Assembly: GCA_035221665.1 (NCBI GenBank)
Contig: CM069151.1
Span: 33,914,001 to 33,978,000 of the forward strand
Direction: 5' to 3'
DNA: 64,000 nt
From: Okamejei kenojei
Taxonomy: Eukaryota
Part shown: piece by piece, positions 25,746-38,595 of the stretch
Position numbering within the stretch: the first letter of the stretch is position 1
Layout of the letters: the number at the start of each line of letters is the position of its first letter
The notes under the pieces: generated by a model
The model's input: the letters and a program-made list of their open reading frames with translations, nothing else
Told to the model about the DNA's origin: nothing
The model's database searches: none
Position numbers and translations under genes: made by a program

Positions 25746-26859
25746 AACCGAAGAGTAGTGGAGATTCTGCCCAGTGTTCTGACCGATACATATTTCAACC
25801 ATCTTCACCGATGCAGGTGATTAAATGATTGATCACGATTAATGATGTTGGAATTGTGTTCCAGATAAACTACTTGCTGAGTTTCCTGAAATACAACAAA
25901 TCACTTCCTGAGTATGGTCGCTGTCAAGTGGTCTGGGTATTATAAGGATGTGAAGGGGCCAGTCTTTTTAACATTGATAGTACTTTTGAATGAATAAGGG
26001 AACTTCAATACCTCTTATCTTCACCACAGCATCTCAGACAGCGAGACTGACCTGGACCATGGCATTCTGTGGTTTGTCATTTGTTCCCCGAACTCTCTAC
26101 CTCTCCACTGCTATCTCATTGACCAAACATTTTGTCACCTGTTACAAAAAATGTCAGTTTTTGTCTGGTACCTGATCCTATGGAGATCCCGGGGGATCTT
26201 TGCTACATTGAAGATGCTACGACATGCAAGTTGTTGTTGTTGTAGGGCCAGGGTTGGTTGGGAAATGTTTTCTGTTTTCCTCCACATTCTTGTTTCATAG
26301 TTACTAGTAGCAGCTGATGAGGGGATTAGATTGCAAGAAGGGATGATAGGGAGTCCTGGCATGAGTTACATGCTCTTGTGCTACTGTGGAGTTAGTGGGT
26401 GTGCTTGATATAGTATCTCTCCATAATCTCTCCTACACTCATTGGCAATTACCAATTGGGATCTGAACGCTTTCATCTGCATGCCCACACATTAGTGATT
26501 TTTCTCCTAGTGTTTGGGGTAGAAAAATGTACATATCCTGTTGCAGTCACATGAAAGTGATCCTTGCATTTACTCTACATGTATTCATCTTTTGGGTAAA
26601 TATTTAAATCTCTGAATTGTGACTATAAGGGGAGTGGCTCCCAACCTTCAACCCTTTGTTTTGGTTGCTCATTTAATCTTGACCTGGAGTTAAAACCGTC
26701 TTGGCCCCTGTCCTGGAGACAGCAAAAAATGATCAGCCATGAACTTACTTGGCCCCTTGAATCAGTTTGATCAGTGAAACAAAACGGTTCAGTCGGCAGT
26801 CATTTGTTTTCTGTCCTTTTTGTTTCCAATTTTCCTTTAATTTTCCTCTTCACCCGCCC

Positions 26860-27200
26860 TCCACCCAGACATCCATTCAGGAAGTCATTTCTGTTGGTAG
26901 CTGCCGGGTTCCAGCTGTCTTGCAGTGCTGTGGTTCAACGGGTTGTCCTTCCAGAATATTCCCCACACATTTGCAAAGTCATGCCTGTCCCAAGTCGCTC
27001 TCCTCACCCCCTTCCCCCACCCTGTGCTGAGCTTGAGCTATATACAGCTGCTCGGGCAGCTGGCAGGAATGTGTCAGTGATAACCTTGGAGTCTGACAGC
27101 TTGCCATGTCCCGGCTGTCCCCCAGCGCCGCTCCTTGCAAGAGCCTGCCTGTAGGGTTTGCATGACTCTGTCAAATACCCAAGGGCCCAGCCCGCCCCAC
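26860..27200. promoter_or_regulatory. Candidate muscle enhancer in FLNC intron 1
   Basis: CAGCTG E-boxes at 26912, 27045 and 27057; TEAD/MCAT GGAATG at 27066-27071; non-repetitive, locally GC-richer sequence. Motif-only inference. Confidence 0.35.
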
Positions 27201-27351
27201 CCGCATTGAAGCAGCTTTAGTGTGAAATGGTAGACTTTAGAGGGTTACAGACTCCTGCATGGCCAACTGCATCAGGAGTGTCAATTAAGTATGTTTAATG
27301 TCAAAAAGGCTAAATTAGTTGGCATAACCAGGTCCAGACAACCTGGCTGTG

Positions 27352-27445
27352 GACCCGAAGAATGGTCTTGACCCAAAACGTTGCCCATTCCTTCTCTCCA
27401 GTGATGCTCCCTGTCCCGCTGAGTTACTCCAGCTTTTTGTGTCAA
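27352..27445 (+). mobile_element. Penelope-derived short repeat with decayed hammerhead core
   Basis: CCGAAGAATGGTCTTGACCCAAAACGTT..GATGCTCCCTGTCCCGCTGAGTTACTCCAGC; same family as 30372, 40745, 51515, 53203 and 60631. Confidence 0.6.
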
Positions 27446-28075
27446 TCTGTGGATTTGTACTCCTTCATTGCCAATGATTTTGATGCCAGTAGTGGCTGAG
27501 CTGTAGCCTGGTCCTGTGGTGACTGGCCCCATCCCAGAGTGTTGCGGTTTCCTGTGGTTCCTGGCTATTGCACTTCCCCTGGCTCTTTCCCTTTCGTGTC
27601 TGTTTTAATTCCAGCTAGGTGTTCCCTTCCTCCCTGAGGTTTTAATCCTTCTGTACCTCCTTGTGCCTCCCACATCATCTCAACACCATGCCAAAAATTC
27701 TTTCCATTCAGTCTAATTAATTTTGTGATTTTGGTTTGTTGAAAATCATAAACTTCCTCCATTTGCTGTCTGACATTCACCTTTCTTCAGAATCACCATT
27801 GCTATTCATCTCATGGCTGAACAAGCACAATTTCCATGCTTCTGTTGCTAGTGAATGTGCTGGAGTTCCTGCTGTGTTGCGCCATTAATCGATTACTGCT
27901 TTGTTGCACACAATTAATTTTGATTATTCCTGGCCACTGGAGGTTTGATTCTTATCCAGGGTTTGAACAGTGAAGTAAGAGAACATGTCGGGACTGGTCA
28001 GTAGGTTGGGCAACACCTTGGGAAAGAAAACTGGACTTATAAGCTGTGATTATATGCAGACCGTTCATTCTGAAT

Positions 28076-28353
28076 GGGCGCATGGTGGCGCAGCAGTAGG
28101 GTTGCTGCCTTACAGCGCCAGAGACCCAGGTTTGATCCGGGTGCTGTCTGTACGGAGTTTGTACGTTCTCCATGTGACCTGCGTGGGTTTTCTCAGGATG
28201 CTGCGGTTTCCTCCCACACTCCAAAAAGTAGAGGTTTGTAGGCTAATTGTCATGGTGTGTGTAGGATAGTGTTAGTATGTGAGAATCGCTGGTCAGAGTG
28301 AACTCGGTGGGCTGAAGGGCCTGTTTCTGTGCTGTATCTCTAATCTAAACTAA
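28076..28353 (+). mobile_element. tRNA-derived SINE (HE1/V-SINE-like) with CR1-type tail
   Basis: A-box TGGCGCAGCAGT, B-box GGTTTGATCC (28129-28138), central GGAGTTTGTACGTTCTCC..GTGGGTTTTCTC..GGTTTCCTCCCACA domain, tail GGGCTGAAGGGCCTGTTTCTGTGCTGTATCTCTAA. Confidence 0.85.
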
Positions 28354-28364
28354 TGTTCCTTGCA

Positions 28365-29745
28365 AAGAAGAACGTGTATATTTTGAAAGGGAAGTGGAGT
28401 AAGCTTGCTCGAGTGATAAAAAAAACTGGACTAAAATCTACTTTGAATATTTGAAGAGATTAAGGTCAGTGAAGGCAAATGTAGGTGTTCTGCAGACAGA
28501 AATGGGGGAAGTTGTATTTGGAACAAAGTGGAAGAACAATTAACTGCATTCTTTGGTTCTATCTCCACACAGGACACAGATAACCTCCCAGATGGATGAG
28601 AGAACCAAGGCCCTAGAGGGAGTTGGACACTGCCTGTATTTGTTGGGAAATACCTCTGTTCAATTTCACTTGCACTAAAAGATGATAGATTACCAGGCCC
28701 TGATAATCTACATACCAGAGTACTGAAGGAAATGGCCCTGGAAATAGTGGTCATCGTCTAAAATTCTTTATACCAGAGCAATTGTTGCAGACTAGAGGTC
28801 TTTTTAAAAGAAAGGAAATGCAGTGGAAAAAGAGGGAATTACAGAGCAGTAAAAGTAATTGCCAGTTGAGAAAATGCTGGCATCAGTTACAACAGCAGAA
28901 TACTTGGAAAACATTAACAAGATTGGACATAGTTGGAAAGGGTTTATGAAGGCGAAATCATGCAATTTAATGGAATTTTGTATGAGAATTTAGTTTACAA
29001 ATTAGTTAAGGTAGGACCGGTAGATGTGGTCTATTTCATTTTTTAGTAGGCTTTTGACAAAATGATAAGATTAGGGTACACATTTAAAGTGCATGGGATT
29101 GAGGTCAATATTCTGACAAAGATTGAGAGTTTGTCAGGAAATGGAGCAGGAATAAACATGGGCAATGACTAATGGAGTACCACAGGGATTTGCTGTATGG
29201 ATCTTAATGTAACTCAATGACTTTAGATGAGAGATGTTGCATTTAGTTGCCTAAAGTCTGTGTATGACTGGGGGAGATGGGGTGACTGAGTAGCAGGCAA
29301 AAAGGGCTCCACTGTGACTTTGACTAGTTCTGTGAGTGGACAAGTGTTTGACAGATACAGTTTGACATTATCTATTTTGGTACCCAAAAAAAATGAATAG
29401 AGATTATTACCACAATGGTGATAGATTGGATGAAACTGGGAGATGCAATATGAACTGAGTGTCCGGCCATATCAGTTGCTGAATACAAGTAACCAGGAAG
29501 CCAAGTGGCACATTTACATCAGTACAGGAGCAGATATGTCAAATGCCTCTACCCTGGGCTTGGAGACCATATCTGGTGTTTAGTGTGCAGCTTGGAACTG
29601 GTGAGGGAGTGCAACCAAGTTTTGCTAAACTCATTCCCGGAATGGTATCTCTCATTTGACAGGAAAGATGCAGTTGATTGTATGCAATCCAGGGTGGTGA
29701 ACCTATAGAAATTCTCTGCCACAGTAAGCAATGGAGATCAAATTA
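28365..29745 (+). mobile_element. Old, heavily mutated CR1 LINE (ORF2)
   Basis: Degenerate PGPD.LHTRVLKE (28693-28730), GFMKAKSC, AFDK and GVPQG motifs. Confidence 0.75.
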
Positions 29746-30049
29746 GCAACATGGTTACTGAAGTGAATGGTTGGCTCCAGTCACTGTTACAAAAAGGCCA
29801 AATGTACAATGTCTGCTTGTACTCTTTAAGCTTCTGTTGTTAATTGTCATTCACTCGGTATAGTGACCACCTCCGTACATGTGATCCATTTTACCTTGGG
29901 GTTCCCATCCAACTCTGGTCTTAGCTGCCTTCTCTGACTGACTTGCTGGCAGCAAGGAGCCCGCGATAGCCAACTGTGGAGAGGATTAGTGATTTTATGT
30001 GAAACTTCTTCGAATTGAGATGGACGTGGTTGTTACTTGTGAGTGATGC

Positions 30050-30310
30050 GATATAACTTTATTTATCCCAGGAGGGAAATTGGTCTGCCAACAATCATAA
30101 CACACAAGATACATGAAACATGGAATTAAAGTGACAAGTGGAAAGGATTGAGGATATGCAAAGATTGGAGAGGTGGGGTGCGGGGGGAAGGAAGATCTCC
30201 TGTGGTGTTCTGTGCTGCATCTTAGTGGCACCAGTCTGTTTCTGAAGGTGCCCCTCTGGTTGACCAGTGTGTCATGGAGGGGGTGAGCTGCATTGTCCAA
30301 GATGCTCGAT
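30050..30310 (-). mobile_element. Rex1/Babar LINE 3' fragment
   Basis: LDNAAHPLHDTLVNQRGTFRNRL; tail CCTCCTGGGATAAATAAAGTT on the minus strand. Confidence 0.7.
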
Positions 30311-30371
30311 CCATACTTGGATTCAGATACTGGCTTCCCATCTCTGAGCTATATCTCCCTAATCATGTCGA

Positions 30372-30472
30372 AGGTAGACGCAAACTGCTGGAGCAACTCA
30401 GCTGGGTCAGGCAGTATCTTTGGAGAGAAGTAATGGATGACGTTTTGGGTCGAGACCCTTCTTCAGACTGAT
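30372..30472 (-). mobile_element. Penelope-derived short repeat with minimal hammerhead motif
   Basis: Minus strand TCAGT CTGAAGA A GGGTC TC GACCC AAAAC GTC; intact stem II, GAAA changed to AAAA at a CpG. Confidence 0.7.
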
Positions 30473-30699
30473 TCATTTCTCTGTAATTAGCTTGTGTTTT
30501 GGACTGTTGTTTTAGTGCATGTTGGGAGAAGTGGAAATAATATTGTTCAGAGTGTTCTCCTCTCAAAAGAAAAGGAGTGGCCTTTGAGGAAGCAAGAAAT
30601 GGCGGTGTTAGGCTGGGTTCCGAATGCGAGTAGAGGTGATGGTGGGTGGGTGCCTTTTGTTAATAAGCTGGTTTTATTTCTGCTTGGTGAGTTAATCTA

Positions 30700-31260
30700 C
30701 TAAATTGAAGCAGGCCACCTTTGACCTATGGGATGTGCATCCTGTGTCGTATGGAAACTCCGGGACAAATCCTGTGTTTTGGACAAACACGTGTGCTGGG
30801 AGTGTTGTCAGCTGGGAGAGCTTGAGGTCTGGGGGTTTGGACCTTGACTGCTAATGTCGCTGCAGTCCGTTTGAGTGTTTGTGGCTAGCACATTGTAGAG
30901 AATGATCGTCCCACAGCTTGAAGGACTGGATGATTGCCAAACTCCTCAAACCAAAACCTGGCTTGTAGTTCTGGAGAAACCCAAGGGATATGCTCTCTAA
31001 TCAGTGTTTGTTTCTGAGAACAGACAGGATGAGGCTTCCCCTCTGTAGTGCAGATGGTCAATGTCATGACCTCGCGGGAGAGTCGACTCTGCGGAGAGGA
31101 GAGCAGCAGGAATAGAGGATTTCACTGGGGAGAGCTTCCATACTTGTAGATGTGATTCCAGGATGGAATATTGCCACCCTGGTGCCAGGGCTAGAATACC
31201 AATGAGTGGCTGCTGAAAAAGTGGGAGGCTGAGTAGCCAAGGGACGTGTTCCATATTTGT
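30700..31260 (+). mobile_element. Decayed CR1 5' region (ORF1 zinc finger and esterase-like remnants)
   Basis: C..C..W..R..C..C pattern at 30733-30810; RAAGIEDF (like RA.VIGDS) near 31099 and CHPGAR (like CLPGAR) near 31172. Confidence 0.5.
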
Positions 31261-31274
31261 ACCAAAGCCTGAAA

Positions 31275-31535
31275 AGAAACCATTTCATCCAGATAGTTGT
31301 GAATCTGTGGAATTCTCTGTGGAATTCTCTGCCACAGAAGGCTGTGAGGCTAATTCACTGGATGTTTTCAAGAGAGAGTTAGATATAGTTCTTGGGATTA
31401 ACGGAATCAAGGGATATGGGGAGCAAGGACCCGTGTACTGATTTTGGTTGATCAGCCATGATCATATTGAATGGCAGTGCTAGCTCAAAGGGCCGAATGG
31501 CCTACTCTGGCACCTATTTTCTATGTTTCTATGTA
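31275..31535 (+). mobile_element. CR1 3' end
   Basis: GTTGTGAATCTGTGGAATTCTCTG..GATCAGCCATGATCATATTGAATGG..TTTCTATGTTTCTATG tail. Confidence 0.85.
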
Positions 31536-31599
31536 GGGTTGAGTACAGGATCGAGGGTGTCCAGCAGGTTGACTTTGAATAAAACAGTGCTTTTGGTGC

Positions 31600-32340
31600 C
31601 ACCCGCTGGGTTTGCAATGGATTTGGGGAGGTTTGAAGCCATCTTGTCAGGAGGATATGAGATTAAATGTAGGTTTGGAAGGTAGAGAACGGGAGGGAAA
31701 TAGACTTGGAAAGATGTAGATGGATTGGATGTTGCCAATGAAGTTTGATCCAGAAAGGTGGGGTAATGCATTTGGAGCGGGGAAGAGAATACCCAATAAA
31801 CAGGAGAAAATTGAGAAGTATTGCTGCAGATACATCAAAGTAGTGGTTATAAAGCCATATGGGATTCTTTTATTAACTAAGACCAAATCTAAGAGCAGGG
31901 AGGTGATGCCAAAACTGTATGCAACATTAGCTAGACCACAACCTGAATGCTGCATACAGTTCTGGCCACCACATTTACAAGAAGGAGCTGCTTGTACTGG
32001 AGAGGGTACAGAGGAGATTTGAAGTAGTTGCAAGGACTGGGTAATTTTTGCTATGAAATAAAATTGAACATGCAATGGTTGATTTATTTACAGCAGAGAC
32101 GACTGGAGAGGTCTTGAGTGTGGTTTATAAAAGAGAGTTCATAGGCAGAGCATATTTTCCTTGGTGATGAGATTTAAAAACCAGGGATAAAGATTGAATT
32201 TCATCGATAAAAAAGATTAAAAGCAGTATAAAATATATATTTTTACTGGGGTTGGTAAATATCTTGTTGCACTGCCTAGGCAGTTGATGAGTTGTAAGCT
32301 GCAGTTTTATGGACCCAGGCTAGTAAATGGGATTATAGAC
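31600..32340 (+). mobile_element. Old CR1 LINE fragment
   Basis: KSREVMPKLYATLARPQPECCIQFWPP (ORF 31720-32022). Confidence 0.65.
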
Positions 32341-32473
32341 ATTGTCCTGCAGCACGGAAAACAAATGCAAGCCAACCTCATCAATGCTCTTGTTACTGTA
32401 AATTAGTCACAGATTCATTTTCTAACATGTTTACCCTTGGGTTTCTACAGAACTACAAGCCATTTTTAACATG

Positions 32474-32850
32474 TTTACCTTCCATTTCTTTGTTCATACT
32501 TCAATTGGCAAGCTTCAATTAGATCTAAGGTTATTTGAGGAGGTTCCACACTGCAGATGTCAAACTCACTGGGTTGAACAAACAGATACACAGCACATGA
32601 AATCAGAGCCAGATTAAAAACACAGGCATCAATATTGATGCATTGCATCCCTGCTGGTCAAGAAAGGTCCACCCAGAGTAATCTGCGTCGCTGTGTGTTT
32701 CCATCTGATTCTTTTCAGGTTAAAGGTCATGTGCTGTGTTGCTGTTTGTTCAACCCAGTAAGTTTAATGTCTGTGGTGTGGAACCTCCTTGGATAATCTG
32801 GCATGTAACTGATTGGCAATAGAATTATGGGTTAATGAATGGAAGGTAAA
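32474..32850. repeat. Long imperfect inverted repeat (foldback or old MITE)
   Basis: Arms 32528-32600 and 32727-32799 are near reverse complements; outer TTTACCTTCCATT (32474-32486) pairs with AATGGAAGGTAAA (32838-32850). Confidence 0.85.
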
Positions 32851-32856
32851 TGCGGT

Positions 32857-34995
32857 ATAGACCATAGGTGCCGGAGGTCGGCCCTTTGAGCCAGCACAAT
32901 GTGATCATGGCTGATCATCCGCAATCAGTACCTTGTCCCTGCTTTCTCCTCATATCCCCTGACTGCTATCTTTAAGAGCCCTATCAAGCTCTCTCTTGAA
33001 AGTATCCAGAGAACCGGCCTCCACCGCCCTCTGAGGCAGAGAATTCCACAGACTCGCAACTCTCTGTGGAAACCTTGTGAACTTACACTGTACTCCCTAA
33101 ATAGCAAGAATGTCCTTCCTCAAATTAGGGGACCAAAACTGTACACAATACTTCAGGTGTGATCTCACTAGGGTCCTGTACAACTGCAGAAGGACCTCTT
33201 TGCACCTATACTCAACTCCTCTTGTTATAAAGGCCAACGTGCCATTCGCTTTCTTCACTGCCTGCTGTACCTGCATGCTTGTTTTCATTGACTGATGAAC
33301 AAGGACTCCGAGATCCTGTTGCACTTCCCCTTTTCCCAACTTGACACCATTTAGATAATAATCTGCCTTTCTGTTTTTGCTACTAAAGTGGATAAGCTCA
33401 CATTTATCCACATTAAACTGCATCTGCCCACTCACCCAACCTGTTCAAGTCACCCTGCATTATCATAGCATCCTCCTCACAGTTCACACTGCCACACAGC
33501 TTTGTGTCATCTGCAAATTTGCTAATGTTACTTTGAATCCCATCAACTAATAATTTATGTATATTGTAAATACTTGCGGTACCTCACTAGTCACTGCCTG
33601 CCATTCTGAAAGGGACCCGTTAATCCCTACTCTTTGTTTCCTGTCTGCCAACCATGTCAACACTCTACCTCAATGCCATGTGCCCTAATTTTGCCCTCTA
33701 ATCTCCTATGTGGGACCTTCTCAAATGCTTTCTGAAAGTCCAGGTACACTACATCCACTGGCTATCCCTTGTCCATTTTCCTAGTTACATCCTCAAAAAA
33801 TTCCAGAAGATTGGTCAAGCATACTTTCCCCTTCGTAAATCCATGCTGACTCGGACCGATCCTGCTACTGCTATCCAAATGTGCTGCTATTTCATCTTTT
33901 ATGATTGACTCCAGCATCTTCCCCACCACTGATGTCAGGCTAGCTGGTCTATAATTCCCTGTTTTCTTTCTCCCACCTTTCTTAAAAGGTGGGATAACAT
34001 TAGCTACCCTCCAATCCACAGGAACTGATCCTGAGTCTAGAGAACATTGGAAAATGATCACCAATGTGTCCATGATTTCTAGAGCAACTTCTTTAAGTAC
34101 CCTGGGATGCAGACCATCAGGCCCTGGGGATTTATCAGCCTTCAGTCCCAACACCATTTAATGCCTAATGTGGATTTCCTTCAGTTCCTCCGTCACCCCA
34201 GATCCTCTGGCCACTAGTACATCAGGAAGGTTGTTTGTGTCCTCCTTAGTGAAGATGGATCCAAAGTACCTGTTCACCTCATCTGCCATTTCCTTGTTCC
34301 CCATAATAAGTTCACCTTTTTCAGTCTTCAAGGGTCCAACTTTTGTCTTAACTATTTTTTTCCTCTTCACATACCTAAACAAGCTTTTATTATCCTCCTT
34401 TATATTCTTGGCTAGCTTACCTCATCTTCTCCCCGTATTGCCTTTTTAAACATTATCCAATCCTCTTGCTTCCAGCTCAGCTTTGCTATGTTGTACTTCT
34501 TCTCTTTAATTTTTATACTGTCCCTGACTTCCCTTGTCAGCCACGGTCGCCCCTTACTGCCTTTGGAATCTTTTTTTTCTCTTTGGAATGAGCTGATCCT
34601 ACACCTTCTGTATTTTTCCCAGAGATACCTGCCATTGTTGTTCCACTGTCATCCCTGCTGGGATATCTTTCCAGTCAACTTTGGCCAGCTCCTCCCTCAT
34701 GGCTCCATGGTCCCCTTTGTTCAACTGTAACACTGACACCTCTGATTTACCCTTCTCCCTCTCAAATTGTAGATTAAAATTTACCATATTATGGTCACTA
34801 TCTCATAATGGCTCCTTAACCTCAAGTTCCCTTATCAAATCTGGTTCATTGCACAACACAAAATCCAGAATTGCCTTTTCCCTGGTAGGCTCCAGTACAA
34901 GCTGCTCTAAGAATCCATCACAGAGGCACTCCACAAACTCCCTTTCTTGGGGTCCAGTACCAATCTGATTTTCCCAGTCTGCCTGCATGTTGAAA
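32857..34995 (-). mobile_element. CR1 LINE ORF2 (endonuclease C-terminus to RT and 3' end) with several internal deletions
   Basis: ORFs EPTREKAILDFVLCN, KSPGPDGLHPRVLKE, NYRPASLTS, QHGFTKGK and LYRTLVRSHLKYCVQFWSP in the correct order. Confidence 0.9.
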
Positions 34996-35683
34996 TGATT
35001 TTGTGGCTAATTTGAAGTATTGAGGGTTGTATGGTTTGCATATGTTTTTCTTTCAAAAGGTAATCAACAAAATAACCACTGCTGAGCAAAGCTGAAGAAA
35101 CAGCAGCAGTGTGAATAGTAAAGCTGTGTAGCCTGATTAAACAGTGTTTTTCTGGAGCATCGAAGTCTAGAATGGTGATATCGGGGTTAATATCGCTTTA
35201 ATGATGACATCTCTAGCTCGTCATTTTAAAGTTTGCAGATGCAACAAAACACAAACAATCAACAATAAAAAGTAGAAATGGGTAAATGTGGGGCGGATTA
35301 TATTTATGCATTGAACTGGAACATTTTGGAGTACATATTTCATGAGCTAAATGACCACATTTTATGGAACTTTAATTTTGAATGCATACATAATCATCAA
35401 AGGTAAAAGGTGAGATAAAGGGAATTTGTTTGTGGAATTCAATATCAGATTTTTTTAATTTAAAGTTTATTAAGCATGTATGATCTCTGGATTTGTGAGT
35501 TGTGCTTCACACATTATTAGATGGTAGAGTTATGATGAGGGGTATAAAGGGGGTTTAGTACAGTTTCCTGTCATGAGGAATCTTGTATGGAAAGAATCAA
35601 AGCTGAGAACTGGAGCAGAGGATTAAGGAAGATTTGATGCAGGTTTTCAAAATCATGGAAGGCTTTTTCGGGGGCAGGGTAGA

Positions 35684-35975
35684 ATATAGTGTAGTGTAGA
35701 GACACAGTGTGGAAATGGGCTCTTGAGCCTCCCGAATCTGTGCCAACCAACGATCACCCGTACATTAGTTCTATTCTACACATTAGTGGCAATTTACAGA
35801 AGCCAATTAACCTACAAACCTGTATGGAGATGTGGGAGGAAAACGGAGCACCCAAAATAAACCCCCACTGTCACAGGGAGAATGTACAATCTCCATACAG
35901 AAACACCCATAGTCAGGATCGAACCTGGGTCCGTAGTGCTGTAGGGCAGCAACTCTTACTGGCTGCACCACTGGA
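35684..35975 (-). mobile_element. tRNA-derived SINE (same family as 28076), followed by a Rex1-like tail at about 36015-36165 (+)
   Basis: B-box reverse complement GGATCGAACC at 35916-35925; TGTGGGAGGAAAACGGAGCACCC core. Confidence 0.8.
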
Positions 35976-37394
35976 AGAACAATGAACAATGGAGGACCTG
36001 GCATGGTGGGACCAACGGGAGGGGGGGGGAGAATAAAGGAGGAGCGGGCGGGGGGTACTTTGTAACTTTGTGTGCGCCGTATGTGGTGACTCTTTGTACA
36101 CCTTGGGTATGCAAGCAAAGACTTTTATTGTGTCTTGTCACATGTGACATTAAAGTATTCCATTCCATCGTGCAGAAAGTTATCTGAATTGCCCTGCCTG
36201 AAAGGGTATGGAAACGAATCCAGCTGCAACTTTCAGATAAGAATTGGATAAACAATTGAAAGTGGAAAAAAATAAGGTGTGAGGGAAATGAGCAAGGCTG
36301 TGAGACATATTGGCTGCTCTTTTAAAGCATGGGTGCAGCATGCAGGGCTAAACTGCCCGCATTGTATGATTTGTCCAAACAATACAGTCACTGTTGTTCA
36401 GGGTAAAGATCACTAACAATCTCACTGGACTGTCATTCTTTGACAGTCAAACCCTCCATATGGAGTTACTGTTTATACAGGGTAAGGGTTATTCAATGTA
36501 ACTTAGAGTCAACGGTGTATTCAGGGTAACGGCTATATGGTGTAACTGTACATACCTTGTTCCCTCAGGGTTGGGGTTGTCCATTGTCTCGAGGCACATG
36601 GTTTAAACAAATGATTCTTGCCCTGCATACAGAATGGAATCACTGTTAATTTAGGCAGCTGGGAAGAGTTGCTAATGTTTCAGTTGTTTGGAAAGATAAC
36701 TCTTGTGTGTCTGTATCCTTTCATGGTAAAGTATGAATGAATCTTCAGTCAAGCCAGATGAGCTCCTGTGTCAGCTTATGTCTGAACAAATAGTTTGGAC
36801 TTTACATCACCTTCTATCTACGCAGAATGCATGCAGCAGACTGGTACACTCGCTGTGTCTCTCTCACTCCCATTGGTTGGTAGTCAGTGCTTGCCACACT
36901 CGTAGTGGAGTGTGAGGAGGGATTAGTTAGGAATGCAGCGGGTTGGAAGTTTGTGGATAAGGGCTGTGCATTGGAACTTTGGGGGGGGGGGAGGTTTAAG
37001 CTTGAGTGGAATCTCTGACAGCAGTGCTCCTTTCTGTGACAGCTGTGGGCTCACTGCCAATCCGGGTACGGTGTTGGAGGAAATCCTTCTGAATTCTGCA
37101 TTGAGAGGCGGAGGAAAGACTAGCCCTGAAATCTTTAGGATCTGCTGCCTGGTTACACTGGAACGTTGCTGAAAATATCACTGGCTGTGGCCCCAGCCAG
37201 CAATTCCCAGATGAGTGAGAGTGATCTCTGCAACAGCTGGGAAGCTGTGGCTCACAGGGAGAGAATTACTCATGGTGGGGGCTGGTTCCAGCACTTGTTT
37301 TGATCAAGCCTTGGACAATCACTGACCAGAGAGTTCCTTTTTGATTTCCTTCAATGCAGTCATTTTCCTGTGAATAATACATGATTATTGAGAG

Positions 37395-38595
37395 CCACAA
37401 GGATCTGATTAAGTTGGCTGCTCGGCCATTTCTTAAGATCAAGGCTGATCCTTTCCCTTGGTGCTACTTTCCTGTACTCACCCAAAAGGCTTGAATTACC
37501 TCAAGTTCTAAAAATATTGATCTCTGCCTTGAATATGTTGACCTTCCACAGTCCTCTTGCAGAGAATTCTGAAGATTTACTCGACCTCCTGGGAGGCAAT
37601 ATTTCTTGTCTGTCCTGAACAGATGATCCTTTATTCTGACACTGACCACTGCTTCCAGACACTCCATCGCTGTTGTTAAACCATGTGAGAATTTTATGGG
37701 TCACGTTTTATTCTACCAAACTTGAGTACAGAGCCAGTCTACTTCATCCTGCTTTGCATAATAAACCCACCAAGCCACGCCATTAGCCAACTGTATTGCT
37801 TGTTGTTCCTGCATATTAATTTTCAGTAATTCCTGTAAGATCTCTCTTTTGGGGTTTCTTGCCATTTGGAAAAACGCTTTCTATATATTTTTTGCAACCA
37901 AACGGAATCTTTTTCCCCACGTTTCCTTTGCCATGACCTTATCTTTTCATATCTTCTGAAAGCCTGACGGCACACACTGGTGCCAAACTTTCTATTGTTA
38001 GTAAACTTGGATTTGTATTTGATTTTGCCTCATTGTGGATTCAACTGAGCAAAGACAGCGATTCCTGCAGCATTACTACCAAACAATCAATTGATTCCGT
38101 TTTTTCTGACCATTCACCAATCCTTGATGCATCCCAGTATGTTATCCACAATAGTGTGAACTTTTAATAATAGACTTCTGAAAGTCTAAATACTCAGCAT
38201 CAACTAGTTTCTCTTTGTCTCCTCTACCCCAGTCTCTGCCACAGAAGGTAGTTGAGGCCAGTTCATTGGCTATATTGAAGAGGGAGTTAGATGTGGCCCT
38301 TGTGGCTAAAGGGATCAGGGGGTATGGAGAGAAGGCAGGTATAGGAGACTGATCAGCCATGATCATATTGAATGGCGGTGCAGGCTCGAAGGGCCGAATA
38401 GCCTACTCCTGCACATATTTTCTATGTTTCTATGTTTCTACTATTTATGTTCTCAAAATGCACTCTGAAAGATTTGCCAAAACTGAATTCCCTTTCATAA
38501 ATCCATGTTGACTCTGTTCAATCCTGTTAATATTTTCTAGGTGTCCTGTTACCACTTCCTCAAAATAGATTCTAGCATTTCCCTGCCACTGCCAT
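37395..38595 (-). mobile_element. Old CR1 fragments with a nested + strand CR1 3' end (about 38230-38420)
   Basis: YLDFQK (38175-38195, minus strand) and QHGFMKG (38490-38510); nested GATCAGCCATGATCATATTGAATGGCGG and TTTCTATG tail. Confidence 0.7.

Noticed and set aside
28076-28150. tRNA gene
   Set aside because: A and B boxes are the head of a SINE; there is no complete cloverleaf and it continues into a SINE body and CR1-like tail.
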